64,000 nucleotides of DNA from an archaeon (GTDB lineage Archaea > Asgardarchaeota > Thorarchaeia > Thorarchaeales > Thorarchaeaceae): NCBI GenBank assembly GCA_024276825.1, contig JAJRWI010000069.1:1-64000 (forward strand). Direction: 5' to 3'. Of the stretch, positions 10,158-19,418 are shown in pieces (the first letter of the stretch is position 1; each line of letters begins with the position of its first letter). Below the pieces are notes generated by a model. The model saw only the letters and a program-made list of their open reading frames with translations, ran no database searches and was not told where the DNA came from. Both the position numbers and the translations under genes were made by a program.

Positions 10158-10966
10158 ATGCTTGTTTCTAGAAATGTTTGAATCTTGTATACAACATCAT
10201 CGCAGCCGGGTTCTGAACATAATACAGCAAGCAATCTAGAGTCATCAATTTTTATGATAATTAGTCGGCCAGATTCATATCCTATTGACAGAATTTCAGT
10301 GTCCATGGATAATGTCATTCCATTGGCAAAGATTGAACTGACAAGGCCGGCCAGTTTGATTGTGTCACCAAAGCCCACGGAACTTAGGGGTAGGCCATCT
10401 GCGGTCAAGAGTAAAGCATGCTTAATCTTTGGTGAAACCGCCAGAATTCTTGTGAGAAGACTCTCCTCACTTAGGTTAGTGCTGGAACTTATTAGAAGTT
10501 CAATACGAAGCAGCAACGAGTTGAGCTGTGCCACAATTGTTTCAATCTGCATTGATGAATGAAACTCAATGCCATAAACTACAATCAATGAGAAATATGA
10601 TTGAATCACTGTTATTACAGTCTGGTCTGACATAGTATGAATCAAGTACTCAGGGGAGGGAGCACCAATCTGATTCAAAGTGGTCGAACTTGCACTGTTT
10701 ATTGCTGCTGACACGGTTGACAGAATTTGAGGGTCAAGACCAGGTTGCTTTGAAACTGCAGTGACCACAATTCCCTCATTTGTGGAGAGAATAACATGAA
10801 TTATTCGTGTATCACTCTCTAGCAGTTCTTGAAGCCAAGATGCAACTTCGCCGAGGGTTTCTAATGTCATTTCAAATACCTGCCACTTATCAACTAGAAT
10901 ATGAGCACGACTCATATTTATAACATGTTCTACAAACAAAGGGTTTATATCAAGCATGAAAATCAT
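10154..10966 (-). CDS. Tandem roadblock/LC7-like domain protein
   Basis: VILSTNEGIVVTA...LSTVSAAI and ALLLTADGLPLSS...LAGLVSSIF...GRLIIIKI repeats. Confidence 0.7.
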   Translation of the reverse strand: MIFMLDINPLFVEHVINMSRAHILVDKWQVFEMTLETLGEVASWLQELLESDTRIIHVILSTNEGIVVTAVSKQPGLDPQILSTVSAAINSASSTTLNQIGAPSPEYLIHTMSDQTVITVIQSYFSLIVVYGIEFHSSMQIETIVAQLNSLLLRIELLISSSTNLSEESLLTRILAVSPKIKHALLLTADGLPLSSVGFGDTIKLAGLVSSIFANGMTLSMDTEILSIGYESGRLIIIKIDDSRLLAVLCSEPGCDDVVYKIQTFLETSI

Positions 10967-10995
10967 CGAGGAACAACGACTATGGAGGAATAATA

Positions 10996-12126
10996 TTGAG
11001 CAGTAACTCTAAGTCGAGAATAATTACATCACTAATAATTATTGGCATTGTATTCGGTGCTGTTGGTGGCTTTCTGTATATGACAAATCCATACGAGCCA
11101 TCAAGAGTCGCTATTATTTTCATGGCCCCGGGATTTGGTGATTTCAGTATAGCAGATCAGATTCATATAGGCATGAATGACCTTCTAAGAGATGCATCTG
11201 TTTCATACTATATCCCCAATGAACTCCCAACAACTGTTGAGGAGGCAAGAACACTTCTTGAAAGTTACGCTTCGCGGACAGGATTTTATGATATGATTGT
11301 TGCAGTTGGCAATGATTTAACACCCGCATTGGCAGCTGTGGCCAGTAAGTATCCTGACCAGAAGTTTGCAATGATTGGTGGGGCTATTAATGCACCAAAT
11401 GTGGCATCAGCAACTTTTGAAACTCAAGAGGCAGCTTTTCTAGCTGGTGTACTTGCAGCTATTGTTGCTGATTCTGGCGATTACTCTGGAATAATCGGTA
11501 TCTTAGCTGCTGTTGAGGACGACTTGACACTTGAACCAATCATTTATGGTTTTAAGCAAGGTGTTGAAACCGCAAGAGACGATTTGAGTCTTAATATAAC
11601 ATTGCTCGACACTGTTTATCTTGGTGGGTTCAATGAAACTGATGCTGCAATGACTCAGACCATATCATTCTTCGACCCCTACAACACAAATGGGTCAGTA
11701 CTCTTTGCCCCTGTCAGAGCTGGCCTTAGAGGAGTCAGATTGGGCCTTGAGTATGCTAATCGGTCATGGTATAGCGGCCGAAGGCAGGGTGATAGATATC
11801 CATTGGTCATTGGTGCTGAACATGATGTCGATTGGTATGGAAACCCAAGAATTGGCGTGGCCTTAGGCCCATCATGGATCATGACTAGTGTAGTGCCAAG
11901 AACTGACCTTGCGTTCAGATTCTTCTTGAACAAGACACTATGGAACGAGTTCGATGTTGTTTCAAATAATGTGTTTGAGTATAATCTTGCCAATAATGGG
12001 GTCAATATTACTGATCTTCAATTTAGCATAGTATATTTGAGTCGTGTTCACAATGCTGTTTCGCAAGTGAAACATTATCAATCATTAATTATTAATGGAT
12101 CAATCGTAGTGAGCACTGGACCTTAA
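10996..12126 (+). CDS. BMP-family (nucleoside-type) ABC substrate-binding protein, N-terminally anchored
   Basis: PGFGDFS, YDMIVAVG, YPDQKFAMI, NVASATF..QEAAFLAG; GGAGG SD. Confidence 0.85.
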   Translation: MSSNSKSRIITSLIIIGIVFGAVGGFLYMTNPYEPSRVAIIFMAPGFGDFSIADQIHIGMNDLLRDASVSYYIPNELPTTVEEARTLLESYASRTGFYDMIVAVGNDLTPALAAVASKYPDQKFAMIGGAINAPNVASATFETQEAAFLAGVLAAIVADSGDYSGIIGILAAVEDDLTLEPIIYGFKQGVETARDDLSLNITLLDTVYLGGFNETDAAMTQTISFFDPYNTNGSVLFAPVRAGLRGVRLGLEYANRSWYSGRRQGDRYPLVIGAEHDVDWYGNPRIGVALGPSWIMTSVVPRTDLAFRFFLNKTLWNEFDVVSNNVFEYNLANNGVNITDLQFSIVYLSRVHNAVSQVKHYQSLIINGSIVVSTGP

Positions 12127-12138
12127 AGCTCAATATAA

Positions 12139-12173
12139 GGGGGCAACCTATGAATGCCCCCCCTCCATATTTT
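12139..12173 (+). terminator. Putative terminator hairpin
   Basis: GGGGGCA...TGCCCCC stem followed by ATATTTT just after the BMP gene. Confidence 0.45.
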
Positions 12174-12190
12174 AATGGGGACTGCAGGTT

Positions 12191-12763
12191 TTGAACTATG
12201 AGAATATAATTAATCTGTTTCTTAGAGTAGAAAATCTAAAGACTCTAGGCAGATGTGGATGGCACCTAGCAGGGATAGATAACTCAGAAACTGTCGCATC
12301 GCATATTTGGGGAACTTCTTTTATTTCGCTAATATTGTCAAAAATGTTGGCCGAAAGGAGAAACAACCTAGACCTAGAAAAAGTTCTCATTATGTCCATT
12401 CTGCATGATCTTCCTGAGTCTTTGGTTGGCGACATTTCCAGACGGGCAATTGATCTTGGCGGCGATGAATTCAAAGATTCTAAGAATAAGGCAGAACTGG
12501 TGGCGATTAAGAGAATTCTTGGGGAGTATGTTAATCTTAAGGACTTGATAAATATCTGGCAAGAATATCATGAGCAGCAATCAATAGAAGCCAGAATTGT
12601 TCGTGATGCTGATGTGTTGGATATGCTAATCCATGCAATCATTCTTAAGCAACAAGGAATATCAAAGAGAAAGCTGAATAACTTTTTTATTGATGCTGAA
12701 GGAACTGTTTTTGCAGACCTATTTGAAGCAGTGATTAAGAGGTTTGAAAATATGGACAGATAA
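12191..12763 (+). CDS. HD-domain 5'-deoxynucleotidase (YfbR/HDDC2-like)
   Basis: LKTLGRCGW, ETVASH, LHDLPES..GDI, EARIVRDADVLDM. Confidence 0.85.
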   Translation: MNYENIINLFLRVENLKTLGRCGWHLAGIDNSETVASHIWGTSFISLILSKMLAERRNNLDLEKVLIMSILHDLPESLVGDISRRAIDLGGDEFKDSKNKAELVAIKRILGEYVNLKDLINIWQEYHEQQSIEARIVRDADVLDMLIHAIILKQQGISKRKLNNFFIDAEGTVFADLFEAVIKRFENMDR

Positions 12764-12915
12764 GTCAATTTTATCACTTATATTCTTGTATTGTTTTTTC
12801 ATGATTACATTATGTTTTGTATACAATTTTTCAGTTCTTCGACTTTCCTATTGAAATTTGACTTGCGTGCCCTTGATTGTGCAGAGTCATCAGATTAACT
12901 TCTGGTGATAACGAG

Positions 12916-12966
12916 ATGAGCTACAACGATCCTCCAACTGGCGGACCACAGCCAGAGCCATTCTAA
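12916..12966 (+). CDS. Small ORF, 16 aa (MSYNDPPTGGPQPEPF)
   Basis: GGTGAT SD at 12904-12909, ATG 12916, TAA 12966, followed by hairpin and T-tract. Confidence 0.5.
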   Translation: MSYNDPPTGGPQPEPF

Positions 12967-12979
12967 TCCAACTCAATTC

Positions 12980-13020
12980 GAGATCATGGATCCATCCATA
13001 GATCTCCCATTTCTTTTTTT
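12980..13020 (+). terminator. Putative terminator after the small ORF
   Basis: GAGATC-ATGGA...TCCAT-A-GATCTC hairpin followed by TTTCTTTTTTT. Confidence 0.55.
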
Positions 13021-14956
13021 ACCAATTCATTCTTGCTTGAGACAGAAAGTTTGATACATTGTCATCCCATCCCCCATTTTTCCAGAGCCTAGAGAACAAG
13101 TTGGACCGATAACTGTGATATGTGACCACCGTAGATGCTGTCAAATCAATATTGAGTTCATAAGCCATTTCATTTAATGATGCACATAATTGAGAGATTA
13201 GCGATTTATGAAAGATGCCTTGAATAATTCCAATATTGCTGTCCTTAATCTTCAAAAGACTTGACGCACCAGAGTTCAAGAAGATCCCATTGGCAACTGA
13301 GAGAAGAGTTTGCTCGGGTGCATTCGCGATTATTATAATTCCCTGCAGGTCAGGAATATGAATACCCCAATAGAATGTAGCAATTACATTTTGGTCTTTC
13401 AAGTTCTGCAAGGATCCAATGAAGTCATCAATAGGAATGCCCACAATTGTCGGGTGTTCCAGATCGCTAAGCCAAAGCGTAGAACTTAAAGCATCCATCA
13501 CTCTGATATCATTATCAGTCAACGATGAACACTGACTGGATTTGAGAGGCTTGAAGCGCTTCCTAAAATAGCGGGGTGAAACATGTTTTTGAAGCGTTTC
13601 AACAATCCGAGGTATTGAGATGCTCTTCGCAGATGATAGATTATACGCATTTTTTGGGTTCACATGACGTACATACCAATCTAATTGCATTAAGTTTGGC
13701 CGCTTTTGCAATATAATATCTGCTGCACGAGCTGGCAAGACCAACTCGTGAAGGAGGGTTTCGCGGTGTTGCGAGGAAGAGGGATTATTGAATACTGTGA
13801 CATATGCGAGATGCCGGTGAGGCCATTGATGCGCCTTTCCGATGTAATAATATCGACTAAGGCCAATTGATTCGGTGTTTACTCTTCCATGAATGTTCAA
13901 TCCCCAATGATTGAGATAAAGCCGCTCCATCTTCAATTGTGGTGAGGACATGGCCTGTTCCCTTGTAATAGGAAGACCTCTGGGGATTTCATTTGTCCGG
14001 GTCAGTTTTAGAATATATTTGATAAGAACATCAAGTCCACCAATGTCATATATTGCTCCAAGAAATGGGCGACCATATATTGAGAAAGGAGACGCCGTCA
14101 TTTCAGACAGATATGCATCAGGTACTCTTGCAAATAATTGTAGCCAATTGATGGGGGTAGTTTCAAGAATTAGATGCTTCAAATGCAAAGCGAGCAAAGA
14201 GCGTAGCGTAGGAGTTGGCAGGAATTTACCAAGAAATCCAATTGGGTCGGAATCTGTATCAATTCTCTTGCGTAGTAGAATTGCAAGAAAGGCCGAGGCC
14301 TCCTCTCGAACAAGTGCACTCCACCATCGGGGTAATAATTGTTCAAGCGTTGAACCCATAGTGTCTGTGATAATTAGGTCAGGAAACTCCATTCCGCGAC
14401 AGAGCTCATACAATTCTGGCCAAGTAGGAGGAGGCTGTTCTAATAACTCTGATAGGATGTTATTTCTTTTTTCATCATCTGACTCTAAGAGCATCTCCAA
14501 GTCTGAAAGAGGGGTCAGTGCCTCAGCCTCATAGGGAAAGATAGTATGGGATTCAAGGATTTTGCCACTGGGGTAATCAATAATGGTCAACCACAACTTT
14601 CGTGAGTTCTGAATTCTTTGTGAGATGAGAATTGCTCTTTGATTGCCGACTTCTACACGGGCGTACCAATTGCCAGAGGAAGGGGGATATATGGTTTCTT
14701 TATGTTCAAATTTGCCCTGCTTGTAGAGAGCAATTTTGACTGATATGGGACGGACTTGGACCAGCAGGTCATCCGGAAGATCTCTTTCAAGAATTGCACC
14801 TGATGGATGAGCCAGGATTTCAGAACTAACTCGGAAGTGAATTGATGGATCAATCTCGTTATGGGGAATCTCATTACCAGATTTCATGATAATGAAAAGT
14901 TTATCATTGTACCAGCGATATTTTGGTGAATAATCATACCATATTAACTCACTCAT
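13019..14956 (-). CDS. Large hypothetical protein with degenerate wHTH + Lrp/RAM-like C-terminal modules
   Basis: C-terminus LTDNDIRVMDAL...DDFIGSLQNLKDQNVI...GIIIIAN...RLWKNGGWD; same pattern as 44250..45920. Confidence 0.55.
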   Translation of the reverse strand: MSELIWYDYSPKYRWYNDKLFIIMKSGNEIPHNEIDPSIHFRVSSEILAHPSGAILERDLPDDLLVQVRPISVKIALYKQGKFEHKETIYPPSSGNWYARVEVGNQRAILISQRIQNSRKLWLTIIDYPSGKILESHTIFPYEAEALTPLSDLEMLLESDDEKRNNILSELLEQPPPTWPELYELCRGMEFPDLIITDTMGSTLEQLLPRWWSALVREEASAFLAILLRKRIDTDSDPIGFLGKFLPTPTLRSLLALHLKHLILETTPINWLQLFARVPDAYLSEMTASPFSIYGRPFLGAIYDIGGLDVLIKYILKLTRTNEIPRGLPITREQAMSSPQLKMERLYLNHWGLNIHGRVNTESIGLSRYYYIGKAHQWPHRHLAYVTVFNNPSSSQHRETLLHELVLPARAADIILQKRPNLMQLDWYVRHVNPKNAYNLSSAKSISIPRIVETLQKHVSPRYFRKRFKPLKSSQCSSLTDNDIRVMDALSSTLWLSDLEHPTIVGIPIDDFIGSLQNLKDQNVIATFYWGIHIPDLQGIIIIANAPEQTLLSVANGIFLNSGASSLLKIKDSNIGIIQGIFHKSLISQLCASLNEMAYELNIDLTASTVVTYHSYRSNLFSRLWKNGGWDDNVSNFLSQARMNW

Positions 14957-15034
14957 TCTGTTTGGTCACTCCGCACTCCAGAAGTGAAGATACCAAGAGC
15001 ATATTAAAACATCGGAATAATGGCCATATGCAAA

Positions 15035-15391
15035 TCAAAGCTTGCCATTAACAATTGAGCGAGCAAGACTTTCAAACTGTGATTCTTCGTCAGGAAATTG
15101 CAATATTCTGGAGATTGTTTTTCCATTCTTTAGAGATATAATCATGTTCATCTCGTGCAATATCTGTAGCAATGCCTTTACAGAAATAAGTCTCCATTGC
15201 GACACATCTATCATTGGAGAGTCTATCGAAAACAAGTGTTTCAGAATATCTTTGAATTGAGGGACATATTTCGCCCGAAGGACTTTGCCTAAGGCATTAA
15301 TTGCATCAATTGGCATTATAGCTCCTGACTGAAATGACTGTATAATCCCCTCGATTATTTCATGAGTGGTCAAGCCAAGCCCCGAACTCAT
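15035..15391 (-). CDS. Hypothetical protein
   Basis: GGTGA SD before ATG 15391; co-oriented with neighbours. Confidence 0.55.
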   Translation of the reverse strand: MSSGLGLTTHEIIEGIIQSFQSGAIMPIDAINALGKVLRAKYVPQFKDILKHLFSIDSPMIDVSQWRLISVKALLQILHEMNMIISLKNGKTISRILQFPDEESQFESLARSIVNGKL

Positions 15392-15426
15392 ATTAATCAC
15401 CGATTGTTAAGCATTTTGTCTTCGAT

Positions 15427-16119
15427 TCAGATAGTAGCCAGGTCAACAGGAGCAGGTTGTTCTTCAATAACTTCGGACTTGTACCATGGATTGATTAAGG
15501 CCAAAGCTGCAATTATGATTGCCAATGCATCAAGAATAGATGCAACGAAATCAAGGCCTGCATGCATCAAGCTCACCCGAGAGAACTGGATGACCGTGAT
15601 AATTATCATAGAGAGAAGAAGAAGATCACTTCTGATTTCCTTCAATCTTTCAGTCTTCCATGTTATTGAGAATGTCACGATTAGCAGAAGCATGAGACTA
15701 ATTAATATTGGAACATGAAACATTATGATGAACTCCTTTGTTGGCCCAATAATTATCACAGAAACCCAATAGAGAGCCATCAGAAACAGAATTCTGATTT
15801 TCGTCTTTTGGGAGCGGCGCATCCAGATATGAAGGGAGGCACCTAACATTGGCAGAGTACACCAGAGAATTACAAATGCGCGCACTTTGAAGATGGGCAG
15901 GGTTTCTTCAATTAGTCCAATATTAATTAAATCCAAAAGAAACAAGTTGATAGCCATAGAAATAAAACTAAGACTAAACATCAGCGGCAAGTCAGTATAC
16001 AACCTATTCTCTTGAGCAAACCATCGCTTCATTAGATATAACGAGATTGCAATAGAAAAAACCGTTGCTACCAGATTAATGATAAATGGAATGTTCATGA
16101 ATGCCTGCAATGATAACAC
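15427..16119 (-). CDS. Polytopic (about 7-TM) membrane protein of unknown function
   Basis: About seven hydrophobic segments across 230 aa. Confidence 0.7.
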   Translation of the reverse strand: MLSLQAFMNIPFIINLVATVFSIAISLYLMKRWFAQENRLYTDLPLMFSLSFISMAINLFLLDLINIGLIEETLPIFKVRAFVILWCTLPMLGASLHIWMRRSQKTKIRILFLMALYWVSVIIIGPTKEFIIMFHVPILISLMLLLIVTFSITWKTERLKEIRSDLLLLSMIIITVIQFSRVSLMHAGLDFVASILDALAIIIAALALINPWYKSEVIEEQPAPVDLATI

Positions 16120-16239
16120 CTGATGGCCATTTCAAACTCAATAACATCTCTTTACTGGCATTATTAAGCACCAATAATTTTTCAAGGAGCTTTGTACTGG
16201 TTATTAAAAGACCAAGTCAAATGTAATGGGGAGAGGGCC

Positions 16240-17310
16240 ATGGTTCGAATAGCACACATCTCGGATTCACATATTGGATGCAGTATGTTTCAACTGATAG
16301 AGAGAAAAGAGGATGTAAGAGAATGTTTCAGACAAGCCGTGAAGAAGGCGATGAAATATTCACCTGACATAATCATTCATACAGGAGATCTTTTCCATTC
16401 ACCATATCCTGATAATGAAGACACAATCTGTGTATCCAAGACCTTGAAGGAATTAAAGTCGACTAAGTTCTTTGTGGTTCCAGGTAATCATGACATTCCC
16501 TTCAATTACAGGATAGCAGCTAGTCCAATCAAGATATTGGAATCCTCAGGGCTACTTCAATCTACTGGCGATAATGATTATGCAGTCATTGAAGAAACAA
16601 TAGATGGCAAAAGCATTGAGATTCACCTCATCGCCTGGACATCTCCTTCAAGGTTTCATAGCCACATCAAGAAGATACTACCTAAAAGATCACACGCGAT
16701 TCTATTTGCCCATGCGATGCAATGCAATGATATTGATGAATTGCCCTCATGTTTTGATTACATGGGCTTTGGGCATCACCATGATTTCAGTCTGGATAAA
16801 GAGAATGGCATTGGAATACCGGGGTCAACATGTCTGGTTGACTGGAAAAAGGAGAAACGAAACAAAAAGCTAATTGTAATAGATATAGATAATGAGAGCG
16901 TTGAGTACCAGACTGAAATGCTAAATGATGTTCGTGAGTTTAAACTCATTCGTAATGTGGACATTTCAGGACTTGGTCCCGAAGAGGCAAACAACAAGAT
17001 CAAGATGAGGATAGAACAACTTTCGGTTAAGAGAGGAAAGCCAATCATAATTATTGAGGTAAGTGGCATTGTTAACCATGAAACGGAGAGTAGTATAGAC
17101 CGTGCTAACTTGCTGCAATATGGTGATCGGAGGCTAGATCCTCTTTTCTTCCATATTGAGACAAATTGGATCTGTGTGGGAACAAGAAGTGTAAAGCTTT
17201 CCAAGCCATTGGATGTACAGACATCTGTCCGTGAATATCTTGAACAGACCAATCATGATCAACAAGACCTTCTCTTGCGAGAGCTGGCATCAATATTGGA
17301 GGGGAATTAG
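16240..17310 (+). CDS. mre11: Mre11/SbcD-family nuclease
   Basis: HISDSHIG, HTGDLFH, PGNHD, FAH, GHHH, PGS phosphoesterase motifs; abuts an SMC ATPase. Confidence 0.88.
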   Translation: MVRIAHISDSHIGCSMFQLIERKEDVRECFRQAVKKAMKYSPDIIIHTGDLFHSPYPDNEDTICVSKTLKELKSTKFFVVPGNHDIPFNYRIAASPIKILESSGLLQSTGDNDYAVIEETIDGKSIEIHLIAWTSPSRFHSHIKKILPKRSHAILFAHAMQCNDIDELPSCFDYMGFGHHHDFSLDKENGIGIPGSTCLVDWKKEKRNKKLIVIDIDNESVEYQTEMLNDVREFKLIRNVDISGLGPEEANNKIKMRIEQLSVKRGKPIIIIEVSGIVNHETESSIDRANLLQYGDRRLDPLFFHIETNWICVGTRSVKLSKPLDVQTSVREYLEQTNHDQQDLLLRELASILEGN

Positions 17311-18597
17311 ATGATCAAACGATTATATCTAAGACAGTTCAAGGTCTTTAGAAATCAAAAGTTTGCATTTCCAGAAGGTATTACAGCAATCGTGGGACCT
17401 AATGGTTCGGGAAAGACTACAATTCTTGAGGCCATTGAGTTTGCATTATTCAGACAAGTTTCTAGGAAGGAAAAAACTGTAAAGAGGATGGAGGACCTTA
17501 TCGAGCACAATAGGAAGAATGCTCATGTTGAGCTTGAGTTTATTGCGCCAACAAATCGAAAGAGATATACAGTTATCAGAAAGATTCACATTGGAAAGAC
17601 GACCGCAGAGCTATTCATCGAAGGAAACTCAGAGCCAATAGCAATCGGCCCTAAGAAAGTCGATAAACAGATTACCGAACTTCTCGGAATGGACCGACAT
17701 TCATTTTCAGCATTGATCTATGTCAGACAAGGAGAGATCGACAGCCTTACTCGATTGAATCCAAGTAAGAGAAGACTTCAGCTTTACAATATGATGGGGC
17801 TTGGGATTTATGACAAAACTGACTCAAAAATCAATGAGAGAATTAAGAGCTTGAGGAGTAATATCGGAAAGCTATTAGAAACTCGAAAGAAACTTGAAGA
17901 GATTCGAGAACATCTTCCGACACGTGAAGAAGTTAAGATGGCCATGGAAACAATAGAACTTCTAGACAAGCAGTACGGATCTAATTATGACTTGACAAGT
18001 ATCAGCGATTTACTGAGAAAGGTTATGACATCAGTGGAAGAGATTGAAGACCAACTAGCATCTTCAACATTGAATGAGAATTTACAGGAATTTCAGGGTG
18101 AAAAGCAACTTGCAGAGCAAATAAGAAGGATAGTTCGAACAATTCCAGAGATTGCAGAGGAGCAACTTAGACCACATATTCGCAAGGAGGCCCGAGAGAT
18201 ATTCAAGGGAATTTTTGGTGACAAGTATAGTGATCTTGACATAGATGAGAATTATGAAATATGCCTATACGATCTTCAGGGAAGGAGGGTTTCTTTAATG
18301 GCAGCGTCGGGAGGAGAGGATGTCTGTGTGAACTTTGCATTGCGGGTTGCTGTTAATACTGCCCTGCAAAGATATTCACTGGGCGGAGAACCTCCACATC
18401 TTCTGATTCTTGATGAACCTGGAGCTGGACTTGATTATCAACGAAGGCGTTGGCTGCCACAAGCCATCTCTGGTCTTGAGTCAGTCAATCAAGTGATTGT
18501 GGTGACCCATATGGATGAACTTCGAGAGTCGGCGGATCATCTCATATTATTAGAGCCCCAAGGTAAAGGAAGGCAGCCAAGAGTTGTGATTGAATGA
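17311..18597 (+). CDS. rad50: Rad50/SbcC-family SMC ATPase, unusually short, no zinc hook
   Basis: GPNGSGKTT, YVRQGEI (Q-loop), ASGGE, LLILDEP, VVTH; only 428 aa; no CxxC. Confidence 0.8.
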   Translation: MIKRLYLRQFKVFRNQKFAFPEGITAIVGPNGSGKTTILEAIEFALFRQVSRKEKTVKRMEDLIEHNRKNAHVELEFIAPTNRKRYTVIRKIHIGKTTAELFIEGNSEPIAIGPKKVDKQITELLGMDRHSFSALIYVRQGEIDSLTRLNPSKRRLQLYNMMGLGIYDKTDSKINERIKSLRSNIGKLLETRKKLEEIREHLPTREEVKMAMETIELLDKQYGSNYDLTSISDLLRKVMTSVEEIEDQLASSTLNENLQEFQGEKQLAEQIRRIVRTIPEIAEEQLRPHIRKEAREIFKGIFGDKYSDLDIDENYEICLYDLQGRRVSLMAASGGEDVCVNFALRVAVNTALQRYSLGGEPPHLLILDEPGAGLDYQRRRWLPQAISGLESVNQVIVVTHMDELRESADHLILLEPQGKGRQPRVVIE

Positions 18598-18671
18598 ACT
18601 AATATATTTCTGAAAGCATTACAACACAATGTATATGTTAGAAGCAAATCTCAAAACAGTTTGAGTTAGAC

Positions 18672-19409
18672 ATGAAAATAGACAGTTCACAAGTCAAAGC
18701 AATTCTATTTGATATGCATCATACAATCACAAAAAAGCCCAACTTTAATCACTACGAAATAATTAGGAAGATTCTGATAAGCTGTGGGCATGATGTGTCA
18801 GGCATTACTGATGAGAAACTCGATATCGGAATTAAGAAAATGGATGAGTGGATATTAAGACACCAGAAAGAGAATGATGTGCACATACACTGGGGACATG
18901 ACATCACCGACTGGATTGAACCCAGCAGAGTTCTGTCGGAAGAGATTGGACTTGGCAATTTAACTGATGAACAGATTCTAGAGATTGAAAGGAAATGGAA
19001 AGAAGAGAACAAAAAGCGAGAAATTCTCGTTGAAGATGCATTTGAAACTCTTTCAGAATTGAAACAACGAGGCTACAAGCTTGGGTTGATTACAAGGAGA
19101 TATGATGATCCAACTGAATTATTGCAGGACTTCGGAATCTATAATATGTTCTCAGTTGTAGAATGGAGCGCGACCCTAGGCTTTACCAAGCCATACCCAT
19201 ATCAACTCATTATCGCGGCTTCAAAGCTAGGTCTGAATCCGATTAGGTGTGTATATGTAGGAAACTTCGTTCATTTGGATGTGGAGTCTGCTAAGCGTGC
19301 AGGAATGATTCCAGTACTCACTGTCTGGGGAAATCCAGATGAGGCGTCAAGGGCTGATAATGATACCATTGTGATAAACAGATTGAGTGAATTACTTGAT
19401 ATCTTTTGA
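18672..19409 (+). CDS. HAD-superfamily hydrolase
   Basis: ILFDMHHT, LGLIT, KPYP, VYVGNFVHLDVESAKRAGM. Confidence 0.85.
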   Translation: MKIDSSQVKAILFDMHHTITKKPNFNHYEIIRKILISCGHDVSGITDEKLDIGIKKMDEWILRHQKENDVHIHWGHDITDWIEPSRVLSEEIGLGNLTDEQILEIERKWKEENKKREILVEDAFETLSELKQRGYKLGLITRRYDDPTELLQDFGIYNMFSVVEWSATLGFTKPYPYQLIIAASKLGLNPIRCVYVGNFVHLDVESAKRAGMIPVLTVWGNPDEASRADNDTIVINRLSELLDIF

Positions 19410-19418
19410 CGGGGTAGA

